Below, one piece after another: positions 27,625-37,120 of a stretch of 64,000 nt of DNA. Source of the stretch: a virus; IMG/VR virus record IMGVR_UViG_3300025849_000010, positions 1 through 64,000 of that record; one strand, written 5' to 3'. The stretch's first letter is position 1. Every line of letters starts with the position of its first letter. The notes below the pieces were generated by a model, which saw nothing but the letters and a program-made list of their open reading frames with translations, did no database searches and was not told the DNA's origin. The position numbers and the translations under genes were made by a program.

Positions 27625-28315
27625 TATTCTTTTCCTTTGCCCAGTTGCGTTCTTGACACCAAAAACATTCGCCGCATTCAGGCACGTCTTGTCCAGGTAT
27701 ATAATTAGTATAATCTAAGTTTGTAAAGTCGCCTTCGCAACTGCGTGTAATATTTAAGAGATCTAATATATTGTTTTCAACATACTGGGCAATTACTACA
27801 TCTTTTTCTGTATATAAAAATGGATGACATACTGTAACTCCATTATGCTCTTTTATTAGTTCGTTTGGATCCTCAACTACAATATCTCTGTCGGGCATGC
27901 CTTTAGTTATTGTAGGATCGCTAGGGTTTTTAGTTTTGCCAGCATACCATGCTTGTAATTTTTCTGTAGCTGCAATCCATTCTGCATGAGCTCTTACAAT
28001 AATTTGATCACCACTGCGAGTTTGTCCGTATTCATCAATGATATATGCGCCGTTGTCGCCGTATTCTAAATCAGGTGGAATAAAGTTCTCATGTCTTACA
28101 AATTCTATATGAGGGAATCGTTTAACTAGCCAATTGTAAACATTGATGCTGTCATATCGCTGCCAAGGTCGGGTTTTCCACATACGCACATGACTTAGTA
28201 AGTGAACCTTAGTATCTATTACTTGCGAACACACTAAGTATGCAAGCAAAGCACTATCTGCGCCACCACTTAAACTAATACCAATGTTTTTCCAATCTTT
28301 GTTAAAATAAATCAT
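27617..28315 (-). CDS. QueC-like PP-loop ATPase (adenine nucleotide alpha-hydrolase)
   Basis: SLSGGADSA PP-loop; TRSC...CGECFWCQER Zn motif; substrate not established. Confidence 0.75.
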   Translation of the reverse strand: MIYFNKDWKNIGISLSGGADSALLAYLVCSQVIDTKVHLLSHVRMWKTRPWQRYDSINVYNWLVKRFPHIEFVRHENFIPPDLEYGDNGAYIIDEYGQTRSGDQIIVRAHAEWIAATEKLQAWYAGKTKNPSDPTITKGMPDRDIVVEDPNELIKEHNGVTVCHPFLYTEKDVVIAQYVENNILDLLNITRSCEGDFTNLDYTNYIPGQDVPECGECFWCQERNWAKEKNNV

Positions 28316-29379
28316 AGTTCAGTTTTCTCTATAAACTGATCCTTAGGCTTGCTAAGTTTGTTTACTCCGCAAGTTCTAGCGCAAGTAATTAGTTTCTGCG
28401 TATTCCAATATTTGTTCCACACTGTTTGCCAGGCATCGGTGCTAACAATTTCCTTTATAGATGATTTAAGTGCATTTGTATCGCCTAGGTCAGTGATAAG
28501 AGCTTTATACTGAGTTTCAATTTCATGTTTGATCTCTCGTGCAACATCTGTTGGTGCTGAATAATTGTAAGGAATACTTGCTAAAAAGCAACAAGGCATT
28601 ACATTCTTGTATGCATCTATATAAAGTTCTTTAGTATGCGTAATATAGCAGTCAATTTCACTTGCATCTACAATATCTTTATAGTTGTCAATTATATCTT
28701 GTGTAACGAGTGTAATTTTACTACCAGTGGGAGGTTCTAAATAACGTACTGTATTGCCATCTTGATCATAGACTGGAAACTTTTCAGTAGCAACAAATCT
28801 TGCACTGTCTTTATATGTAAATCTAGCAAAGCCGTGCGTTTTCGCCAATGCTTCTGCTGCTTCTTGTTGATGTTCATTGTGTTTAAACTTAATAAACGCC
28901 CATTCTGCTGTTCCGCCAGCATTAATAAATGCTTTAGCGTTGTCTAGTACTTTATTAAAGTCAGTGCCAGACCTATATAAGCTATGTGTATCTGCTAAAC
29001 CGTCAATCGCAAAAATAACATTATGCGCAGGAGGCATTGCTTTTGCAAGTTTTTTCCACCAATCCGTAGATCGGGCGCCACCATTAGTGTGTATTCTAAT
29101 GTACAAGTTAGGATTTGTGTCTTTACTGTATTGGCACATATCTATTAGGTCATTATTAATAATAGGATCGCCAAAATTACCACAAAAGTAGAAACCTTCA
29201 AGGTGCTGTAACACTTCAGGTGTAAGTATTTTTTTAAAATCGTCAGTTGTCCAGTCTTGATTACTAATTAGAGGATTAATCATGCCGCCGTGAAAGTTCC
29301 TGCTACACATTGCACAGCTTGCTTGACACCTATTTGTAATTTCTAAGTGTAATTGTTTTAATTTGTCAAATTCAAACAT
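28312..29379 (-). CDS. Radical SAM enzyme with C-terminal Twitch-like domain
   Basis: CQASCAMC, CGNFGDP, HTNG; IDCY...MPCC...CARTC. Confidence 0.88.
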   Translation of the reverse strand: MFEFDKLKQLHLEITNRCQASCAMCSRNFHGGMINPLISNQDWTTDDFKKILTPEVLQHLEGFYFCGNFGDPIINNDLIDMCQYSKDTNPNLYIRIHTNGGARSTDWWKKLAKAMPPAHNVIFAIDGLADTHSLYRSGTDFNKVLDNAKAFINAGGTAEWAFIKFKHNEHQQEAAEALAKTHGFARFTYKDSARFVATEKFPVYDQDGNTVRYLEPPTGSKITLVTQDIIDNYKDIVDASEIDCYITHTKELYIDAYKNVMPCCFLASIPYNYSAPTDVAREIKHEIETQYKALITDLGDTNALKSSIKEIVSTDAWQTVWNKYWNTQKLITCARTCGVNKLSKPKDQFIEKTEL

Positions 29380-29974
29380 TTTTATATCCGAGTAACATAA
29401 AACGATTGTACTTAGGCAACGGCAATACGCCCGCCCATAATGAAGTTATATTACTCATACGACTAAAGTCACTAACGTCTACTGCACATCTAACGTGTTC
29501 GTCGTGATCAAAGTAATCATTACTTTGTAAAACGATCAATGCATCATCTGGCTGATTAGATAACCACTGATCGTATTGTTCTTGCGTAATATGTTCACAA
29601 CTTGTGTTGATAACAATGTCGGCAGGTTCTGTGTATTCGCACATATCTGCGGTTACTGCTGTAAATCTTCCTGCTATTTCATAGTTTTTATTAACTGTGT
29701 ATGCAGTTTCTTGACAATCTTCATCAATATCAACACTTGTAATGTGTTCTATACTAATGTTGCTGTTAAATAATATACTAGCTAGAACGCCGTTCCATCC
29801 ACCGTATATTACAATACGAGCATCGTCGTCAACGTAGTTTACACGTAGTGCATCAGCAAGCCATATCTTGCTGTTGACTTGTCCTTTCCAGAAGCTTTCA
29901 AGTGTGCGGCATTTGTCATCGCTGTTGCGAATTGCATCCATCCAGAATAGTACGTCTTGTATGTTAACTTTCAT
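29372..29974 (-). CDS. Class I SAM-dependent methyltransferase-like protein
   Basis: IVIYGGWNG, SVDID, TADM, VINTSCEH. Confidence 0.75.
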   Translation of the reverse strand: MKVNIQDVLFWMDAIRNSDDKCRTLESFWKGQVNSKIWLADALRVNYVDDDARIVIYGGWNGVLASILFNSNISIEHITSVDIDEDCQETAYTVNKNYEIAGRFTAVTADMCEYTEPADIVINTSCEHITQEQYDQWLSNQPDDALIVLQSNDYFDHDEHVRCAVDVSDFSRMSNITSLWAGVLPLPKYNRFMLLGYKNV

Positions 29975-30974
29975 ATTTCACCTTTGGTAGTTTACTATCT
30001 GCGCTACTTACGCAACTAGGAGTAATGCACTTAGCTGGTGCTTTAAACAGCTCAAATCCGCCGTCTAACGTGCCTAAGGGTTCATCATGGCAACTATAGC
30101 TGCGCTTAACTTCGTTCTCACGTATAACGCATCCTTGATAGCCTGCATTGCAAGTCCAACCTTTAAACTTATTAAATCCAAATGCGTTAAAACGCTCTGC
30201 TTGATCTATATTATACGTTTGGCCTTTACTGTCTTCAAGTTCAACTTGATATAACGGTACTAGCTTTTTATACTTGTCTGGGATTCGTTGGACGAATCCT
30301 GTTTGCATTGTGTGTACTTGTTCAGGTGTGTACCCATGTACCACGTGAGAGGCGGTTGGATCGGACTGGGGCTTGAGAGTGACATTAATACCTCTGGCGG
30401 CAAATCGCTCCAAGCGTCCGTAAAGCTCTTCGAACATTTCCGGAACCATAACTTGATTGATCGTAACATAAACACCTGCTTTCATTAGTTGAAGACATTT
30501 GTCTCCGAACTCTTGTTCATTAGCAAACTCTGCGTGATAGCTTGCTGTTATACTTCTTCGTTCTAACCCACTAGTTGCATCTAACCATCTATTCCACCAC
30601 TTGCTTCCGGGACTTAGATTTGTAGTCATATGTATACTCTGGTATTCGGGTGTTGCATCACTGCAATAATGCTCTATGAGCTCCCCAAAGTATTTATAGG
30701 CAGTAGGCTCGCCGCCACTAAAACTAAAGTGGAAGTTCTTGAAACCGTTAGAACGTGCTTGAAGTTTTATTGAATCAATAGTTTGTTTATAGCAATCTAA
30801 TTCAAGGTAGTCAGGAGTGCTGCTGCGAGCATAAGGCCAACAATAGCTGCAATTATAGTTGCAAAATCTTCCAAGGATCCAGCTCACTGTAAATAGGTCG
30901 CCGTTAAGTAATGTGCGTTGTCCACATTTTACAATGTCGTCAAAGGGAATTTTGTTAAATGTACCTTCAGTCAT
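29964..30974 (-). CDS. Radical SAM enzyme with C-terminal SPASM/Twitch-like domain
   Basis: CNYNCSYC, SGGEP, TTN; WTCNAG...YSC...CITPSC. Confidence 0.9.
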   Translation of the reverse strand: MTEGTFNKIPFDDIVKCGQRTLLNGDLFTVSWILGRFCNYNCSYCWPYARSSTPDYLELDCYKQTIDSIKLQARSNGFKNFHFSFSGGEPTAYKYFGELIEHYCSDATPEYQSIHMTTNLSPGSKWWNRWLDATSGLERRSITASYHAEFANEQEFGDKCLQLMKAGVYVTINQVMVPEMFEELYGRLERFAARGINVTLKPQSDPTASHVVHGYTPEQVHTMQTGFVQRIPDKYKKLVPLYQVELEDSKGQTYNIDQAERFNAFGFNKFKGWTCNAGYQGCVIRENEVKRSYSCHDEPLGTLDGGFELFKAPAKCITPSCVSSADSKLPKVKYES

Positions 30975-30980
30975 TGTACT

Positions 30981-31009
30981 ATTATAGCACCATTTTTGCT
31001 GTATGTCTA
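30981..31009 (-). promoter_or_regulatory. Sigma70-type promoter giving a probably leaderless transcript
   Basis: TAGACA (31009-31004), 17 nt, TATAAT (30986-30981) with extended TG; ATG 30974 follows after 6 nt. Confidence 0.65.
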
Positions 31010-32226
31010 GTATTTCCGTACTGTATTACTTTACTTGCATTAGAAACAAACTTGCGCCAAGGATCAACTACTACACTGTTTGCAGGAATTACACAATACA
31101 ATCTATCAGTTCCATCGCCCTCTTCTTGCATGTACTTGTAGGTTGTACTTGCAGAGTGTGCTAATAGTATTACGCAAGGTTCGAGCGGTTCGTTGTTGTC
31201 GCCTGTTAACGGATCGATGTACGTAGGCGCAAAACCATGCTTGTCACAATAATTGCCTACAAGTAAACTATAACTGCCGTCGCAATATTCTACGCCTGGC
31301 TTATATGCTTTGCCGTGTATGTAAATTGGATAATTGTATTCATTTGCTAAATCAACAAGTTTAAGTGCAAGATTCTCTGCTTGAATTTCTCGAGCATTCA
31401 TAATAGCATCAAACATATCATAACCTAATCCAAGCTCTTGTGCTAGAAATCGCAATGCAATGTTATCACGTGGATGGCATGCGCCGCCATCTCCCATACC
31501 AGCAGTCATATACTGTGGGCCCATAATACGTTTAGTACTTTGCGCTAATGCATCAGTAACTATATCAACATTAATATTGCCCTGACGTTCTGCTACATCC
31601 TGTATCATATTTACTAGACCAATTTTAGCACTAATAAACGTATTATAGAAAACTTTGATACATTCACATTCGTCCCACGTACCGATTACATATCTAGGAT
31701 CATTTTCCATGATTGTTTTATAGAAGTCTACAAGCTCTTTGGCATCGCCTGTTTCACTTCCATCTTCTGTTCCAATCATAACCATCTCTGGATTAACCAT
31801 ATCCCAGGCTACACTGCCCATTGCAATTAAATACGGATTGTAAACAAATCGAGTATTAGGAACAAGATTAACAAATTGGTTGCGTGTTGTGCCTGGTAAT
31901 ACTGTGCTAATAAGTACAAGCAATTGATCCGTTGTCATGTGCTTGTTTGCTTCTACTAGTACTTCTTTTACGATATCGTAATTAAAGTCTTTTGGTTCTA
32001 AATGTGCAGTAGGCGCCCTGCCATCATAATTTGGATCGTGCGGAGTAGGTACTGCAACAAATACAATGTCTCTGCCTTGTACTGCACCTTTGATAGTTGG
32101 AAACATTTTTACCTGATAGCTACTATGCTTTGCAACATCGTACCCTGTAACATCGTGTCCTTTTGAAGCAATTGCTTCTGCACAAGGCATACCTAATTTG
32201 CCTGTGCCTATAAATCCAATATTCAT
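30982..32226 (-). CDS. ugd: UDP-glucose/GDP-mannose dehydrogenase family protein
   Basis: GTGKLG, VAVPTP, STVLPGT, catalytic GGACHPRD, GKAYKP; exact nucleotide-sugar substrate uncertain. Confidence 0.9.
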   Translation of the reverse strand: MNIGFIGTGKLGMPCAEAIASKGHDVTGYDVAKHSSYQVKMFPTIKGAVQGRDIVFVAVPTPHDPNYDGRAPTAHLEPKDFNYDIVKEVLVEANKHMTTDQLLVLISTVLPGTTRNQFVNLVPNTRFVYNPYLIAMGSVAWDMVNPEMVMIGTEDGSETGDAKELVDFYKTIMENDPRYVIGTWDECECIKVFYNTFISAKIGLVNMIQDVAERQGNINVDIVTDALAQSTKRIMGPQYMTAGMGDGGACHPRDNIALRFLAQELGLGYDMFDAIMNAREIQAENLALKLVDLANEYNYPIYIHGKAYKPGVEYCDGSYSLLVGNYCDKHGFAPTYIDPLTGDNNEPLEPCVILLAHSASTTYKYMQEEGDGTDRLYCVIPANSVVVDPWRKFVSNASKVIQYGNTRHTAKMVL

Positions 32227-32228
32227 GT

Positions 32229-32276
32229 CTACTATTCCATATTAAGTGCGCATATAAATATATTTATGAATAGTAG
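32229..32276. promoter_or_regulatory. Palindromic pair of late-type boxes lying between the arms of a 9-bp inverted repeat
   Basis: ATAAATA-TATTTAT palindrome at 32254-32267; CTACTATTC (32229-32237)/GAATAGTAG (32268-32276). Confidence 0.6.
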
Positions 32277-32303
32277 CGATTGCAAACAGGAGTACTGAAT
32301 TTC

Positions 32304-33536
32304 ATGAAATATTTTAAAGAATGGCTATCGAATGATAGATATATTCGAGAATGTGTTAGCGAAATCGGTTGCTTCCATCATTACAAAAAACATCTTGCTA
32401 GACCTGAAAGGAAACAGTACGATAGTCAATATGTAATATTTGCGCATTACTCATACAAAAGCGGAATATACAGCGACAGTGATTTGTTTAAAGATATCAA
32501 GCCAGAGTTTTTAAATAAACTTCGTGCAAGAGAATGTGTTTTTGTATTAGACGGAACTCACGAAGGATGGGCACCTGAGCATCACAACGTTGCGGTTGCA
32601 TTATATAATAGTGCAATAAAACACAATATTGATCCAGCTGGTGTAACATTCCTAAGTGGCAATTTAAGAGAAAAAAGTAACTTTAGAATTTTCTATAATG
32701 GCACTAACCAAACTAGTAACCCAATTAATGTTATTGAAATAATGCACTGGGACACAAATGTTAAACAGTGGGGAAGTAACGAGTCGGTTAGAAATAACAG
32801 ATATACAGAACTTGATAAAAAGTATGACGGTACATTTTTCTTAAATTTAAATAGGCGTAATAGATTCTGGAGAAGTTATTGTGTGTACAAACTTCAAGAA
32901 TCAGGACTGAGTAAATATGGAGCAATCAGTCACGACGAATTATCTCCCAATGAATATAGAGGCAACAAATACTTTAGTAGCGCAATGCAGAAAACGCTAG
33001 TAACTAATACGCCAATGATAGTCGACACTACTGACTTTCAAACTAACTGGGCAAACAATTTAGGCAGTGACTTGCAGAACAAAGTATTATTCAATTTGAC
33101 AAACGAAACTATGCAGAGCGATTGGTGTGAAACTAGTTTGTTTTATAGCGAAAAGACTTTCAAACCAATATTGCATAAAGTACCTGTAATCATTTGGGGA
33201 CAGACTGGGCAAAATTACAATCTACAAAGACTTGGATACAAACTATATACGGACTGGTTTAACTATGACTTTGATTTCGAAACTGACATTGTAAAACGAT
33301 GGGACAAACTGCAAGCAGAATTAATACGAGTATGCAACCACTTAGAGAAGATGTCTCGCAGTCAGCAGATCGAATGGTCTATGCAGAACAAGGAAGTGCT
33401 TGACTACAATGCTAACAGAATGCAGTACAACGAATATACTATAAATGAATTTTTAAGATTTACTGAAAATTGTAATAGATTTATTACTAGACAAAGTCCG
33501 GTAGACGACTCATACCAATCAAAAAATGTTTTCTAG
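32304..33536 (+). CDS. Hypothetical protein, possible GT-B-type glycosyltransferase
   Basis: FLNLNRR, NET...FYSEKTFKPI, LGYKLY; CAGGAG SD before ATG 32304; the function call is tentative. Confidence 0.55.
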   Translation: MKYFKEWLSNDRYIRECVSEIGCFHHYKKHLARPERKQYDSQYVIFAHYSYKSGIYSDSDLFKDIKPEFLNKLRARECVFVLDGTHEGWAPEHHNVAVALYNSAIKHNIDPAGVTFLSGNLREKSNFRIFYNGTNQTSNPINVIEIMHWDTNVKQWGSNESVRNNRYTELDKKYDGTFFLNLNRRNRFWRSYCVYKLQESGLSKYGAISHDELSPNEYRGNKYFSSAMQKTLVTNTPMIVDTTDFQTNWANNLGSDLQNKVLFNLTNETMQSDWCETSLFYSEKTFKPILHKVPVIIWGQTGQNYNLQRLGYKLYTDWFNYDFDFETDIVKRWDKLQAELIRVCNHLEKMSRSQQIEWSMQNKEVLDYNANRMQYNEYTINEFLRFTENCNRFITRQSPVDDSYQSKNVF

Positions 33537-34907
33537 TTCAGGAAACGTTTCTGCAAAATTTGTTCCCCGGCGGCGATCGTGTTCTTTAAACCAAGCAACA
33601 AAATCCTTGCGGCCTATTTCTAATTTGTCTTGACTGTACTCAGTAGTGCGCATGTAGTCTACAACACGACGAAACTTTTCATATTCAAGTTTAGAAAACT
33701 TATTAACATCATATTCATCTAGATTACTTTGGATAAAAGCTAAATGACTTTCCATATAACTCATAAAGTGCTTAGGCAAAATATTCATATCATACTGGAT
33801 CGGTTCTTTTAAATACGGAGTGTCAAAGCGGATACGAGTTGTATCATTTTGATAATGCGCTCTCCATTCTAAAAACTTTTCAAGTAATGATTGAAATGTC
33901 GTTACACTTAGTATGTTAAATGTAACCATAAATGTAATAGGCTGATCAGTTTTTGTCATCCAAGTGTCAAAATTCTTTTCCCATACATTTAGATCTAAGT
34001 TAGTTCTAATGTACTCTGCAGGTTTACCCCAGGTATCTAAACTAGTAAACAATTTAAACTTTTTAATTTTCTTTTCTTCTATTAGCTTGTTTACTCTTTC
34101 AGCAAGTCTTACTACTAAAATATTTTTTACTGCTAGGTTAGAATTTATGTTTATTTCAAGATGCGGCTTCGGATCTCTATCTAGTTCATCTAGCAATCTC
34201 CACATACTCTGCTGCAACAATGGTTCCCCGCCTGTGATGCGTAAAATGTTTAATGTTTTACTAACTTCGGGCCACCATTCCCACCATGCTGCTACATAAG
34301 GGTTTTCTTCTTCCTTTTTGTAAATGTTTAATTTGTTTATATGCTGGGTATGATTTTTAACCATATTATATGGGCCAAATTGTTCTATTTCTTTATAGTA
34401 ACTACTACTAGCCTTAGGATGACAATATCCGCATTTTAGATTACACTCGTTACCAAACGACACTTCGATGTATTCAGGATTAATATTAAAGTCCCAGTCG
34501 TTATTAATAATTTCAGCAAGTCGATGTTTATTGTAAATACCCGAATTTCGTTCATGCCTGTCACTGACATAATCTTTGCCCATACATTCAATGTTCCAGC
34601 AGTACTGACATCCACTAGGTTTTTCACCTTGCAACATTAGCTTACGCTGTTCTTTCTTTTCTTGGGTGTTATGTAACGCACTAGGATTTTCTTTTATTTC
34701 GTGTAACGGAATCTTATGTGGAGCAGGGTGATAACAACTGTGTGTTTCTCCTGTTTGTAAATAGATAGTTGTGTGGTGCCACTTTGCTAAACAAAATGTT
34801 GGAGACACTTTATCTGTAATTTGTTTTACTTCTGCCATTCGATCAATTGGATCTTTTACAATCTTCAGTCGCCGAGCAAGTTTTTTAACTAGCTTATTCA
34901 ATGTCAA
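33519..34907 (-). CDS. Radical SAM enzyme with N-terminal Twitch-like domain
   Basis: FCLAKW...HSCYHP...CQYCW; CNLKCGYC; TGGEP; paralog of 22989-24233; start uncertain. Confidence 0.9.
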   Translation of the reverse strand: MTLNKLVKKLARRLKIVKDPIDRMAEVKQITDKVSPTFCLAKWHHTTIYLQTGETHSCYHPAPHKIPLHEIKENPSALHNTQEKKEQRKLMLQGEKPSGCQYCWNIECMGKDYVSDRHERNSGIYNKHRLAEIINNDWDFNINPEYIEVSFGNECNLKCGYCHPKASSSYYKEIEQFGPYNMVKNHTQHINKLNIYKKEEENPYVAAWWEWWPEVSKTLNILRITGGEPLLQQSMWRLLDELDRDPKPHLEININSNLAVKNILVVRLAERVNKLIEEKKIKKFKLFTSLDTWGKPAEYIRTNLDLNVWEKNFDTWMTKTDQPITFMVTFNILSVTTFQSLLEKFLEWRAHYQNDTTRIRFDTPYLKEPIQYDMNILPKHFMSYMESHLAFIQSNLDEYDVNKFSKLEYEKFRRVVDYMRTTEYSQDKLEIGRKDFVAWFKEHDRRRGTNFAETFPELENIF

Positions 34908-35793
34908 TAAATCCTTGTCCTGTTCGATCAGTGTTGCTATAGCTTTGTTTAAACATTTCGCTTTGTGTCGAATTTAAAAAGTTATCTACAGGAATGTTTA
35001 ATTCACGCTGTAGTATAATACCTTGTTCATTAATAGCATCTTCAATGTTATCTTCGTTAATATTATCCCACATTGTGTTAAGATATTTAAAGTCTCTAAC
35101 ATTAACATAATCCCAATCTGATAAGTTTGTCATTATGCAGCCTTGGCGAGCTCCGTACATTGCCCATAGCCCATTGTCTACATCAGCACCTACCATTTGC
35201 CAAATCATTAATCTGTGTAGATTTTGCCAGTACACTTCCTGCGTAAATGTAGAAGGATTAAACTTCTTTCCTTGATCTAGACACATTTTAACACCTTCAC
35301 GAAAGCCTGCTCTCCAGGCTTGGTGTGCAGTTGCATTATTGTATACTTTAGAATAACAACTATTCATTTGTATATAATCTAAGTTCCAGCAAAACTCTAC
35401 TTGTGCAGCAATATTATCCGACTCGCTTGCTTCGTGTGTTTTCATGTTTAATACAACTTCTTTTGGCCAACATTTAAGGCCGCCATTACCGTATAACAAT
35501 CCATTAACAACATTATAGCCGCACCAACTAAGCACAGCGTTCTCCATATAAGGATGTTGTTTAAAGTCTATTTCTTGTTCTAGGAAATCGGCATATATTT
35601 TATTGTCGCCGTCTACTGTAATGAATCGTTCTGTTTCACTTAATTCAGCGCAAGCCTTATGTGCTGCGTCAGATCCTTCTACGCCATGTACACGTTTTGC
35701 CCAAGGTGCTTTAGTTAAAAGATCAGCATAGTTTTCTTCTGCATTAGGTTCGTCATATGACAAGTATATAATATCAATATCTTTAATCTTCAT
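34894..35793 (-). CDS. GT-A-fold glycosyltransferase-like protein
   Basis: IIYLSYDEP, RVHGVEG, TVDGD (DxD), AWRAGFREGVK. Confidence 0.65.
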   Translation of the reverse strand: MKIKDIDIIYLSYDEPNAEENYADLLTKAPWAKRVHGVEGSDAAHKACAELSETERFITVDGDNKIYADFLEQEIDFKQHPYMENAVLSWCGYNVVNGLLYGNGGLKCWPKEVVLNMKTHEASESDNIAAQVEFCWNLDYIQMNSCYSKVYNNATAHQAWRAGFREGVKMCLDQGKKFNPSTFTQEVYWQNLHRLMIWQMVGADVDNGLWAMYGARQGCIMTNLSDWDYVNVRDFKYLNTMWDNINEDNIEDAINEQGIILQRELNIPVDNFLNSTQSEMFKQSYSNTDRTGQGFIDIE

Positions 35794-37120
35794 TTTTAAA
35801 ACGTTCCCTTAACCAGTCAAAGTCGTTAATTTTCTTAAGAGCAGTAGGATCATTGACGTTTGCTTCGCCATACTCTTGTCCTTGTTTTGCTCCTCTTTGT
35901 GCGTATTCTCCATAGCGTCTGTTTGCGCCCTCATACTGCCACTGTGTTAATCTATATTCTGTTTCATCGTTATGCTGCCTGTCGATTGAACGAGCAGATA
36001 ATTTTACACATTCTCTAAATGCGCTCTTCCACGTATTAAACGGATCAGTATTAAATGCAGTAATATTAGACACAATAGGCATTGGCTTAAAATACGGACT
36101 AATACTAGTTGTCATATCAGCAGTATCAGTATCCATATTTAAAGTAAGTTTTCTCGGTAGTAATTTAATTCCGCCATATCCGTAAACTAGGTCATTAATA
36201 GGATTCTTACTACGCCAAACATGTACAAATTTTAATTCGTTATCAGGCACAGTGTAAGTAAATTTAAATTCTTCATCAATACGTGCATCGCCGTCAACTA
36301 CCCAAAACATCGGACTAGTACACAGTTCTGCGGCCTTTATGTGTGCTTGATGTATACCCTTTACTCCGTGTACTCTTTGAGCTCTTGGAAAACGAGCTTT
36401 CAATGATTGCCAATTTTCTTCTGCATTAGGTTCGTCATAACTTATGAATACAATGTCATAACGACTTGCAATATTTTCTTTAATGCTTTTACTAATACGA
36501 TGCGGGCTCTTATATACAGTTTTGTAAAATTTACTTTGTGATTCTGTGTATGGTTCATCAGAAATAGGCAACGAATCATACTCACTAGCTGCAAGGTATT
36601 TCTTAAGTGCAGCTCTTGCTCCTTTGATTGCCCATTCGCCGTGTTTAACATCATTCCCAATATTCGACCATATTAATAACTTTTTTCGATCAATACTAGA
36701 AAATGGAACATCTTTAACAAGTTTTTCAATTTCTATAAATGCTGAATTATAGGCCTGTTCAGCAGTAGTAGCATGATAAACTACTGTTCCGTATTGTGGT
36801 ATATCAAATGCATAATCTTCTCCGCCTTTCCAGTAAACCCCCGAAGATGAATACGACAAACTGTTTACTATACTAATATTGCTCCAGTGTATTGTTGAAC
36901 GCTTAACACTTTCTTCAAATATCAACGGAGTTGACATAAACGACTTAGTTAATTTTGCATCATCTGTTATTGCAAAAAAGTTCGTGTCAGGCAAGGTATC
37001 TGTTCGTACTATCCAAGGTATAGCATTTTTTGCTGCATAAAAGTTTTCTTCAGCATTAGGTGCGCCTTGATCAAAAAAGTAAAAGTCGTAGTCTGCAAGT
37101 TTTAGTTGAAAATCACTCAT
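35783..37120 (-). CDS. GT-A-fold glycosyltransferase-like protein, two tandem domains (first degenerate)
   Basis: C-terminal IVFISYDEP...VVDGD...WKSAFRECVK; N-terminal remnant APNAEEN...AYNSAFIE. Confidence 0.65.
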   Translation of the reverse strand: MSDFQLKLADYDFYFFDQGAPNAEENFYAAKNAIPWIVRTDTLPDTNFFAITDDAKLTKSFMSTPLIFEESVKRSTIHWSNISIVNSLSYSSSGVYWKGGEDYAFDIPQYGTVVYHATTAEQAYNSAFIEIEKLVKDVPFSSIDRKKLLIWSNIGNDVKHGEWAIKGARAALKKYLAASEYDSLPISDEPYTESQSKFYKTVYKSPHRISKSIKENIASRYDIVFISYDEPNAEENWQSLKARFPRAQRVHGVKGIHQAHIKAAELCTSPMFWVVDGDARIDEEFKFTYTVPDNELKFVHVWRSKNPINDLVYGYGGIKLLPRKLTLNMDTDTADMTTSISPYFKPMPIVSNITAFNTDPFNTWKSAFRECVKLSARSIDRQHNDETEYRLTQWQYEGANRRYGEYAQRGAKQGQEYGEANVNDPTALKKINDFDWLRERFKNED

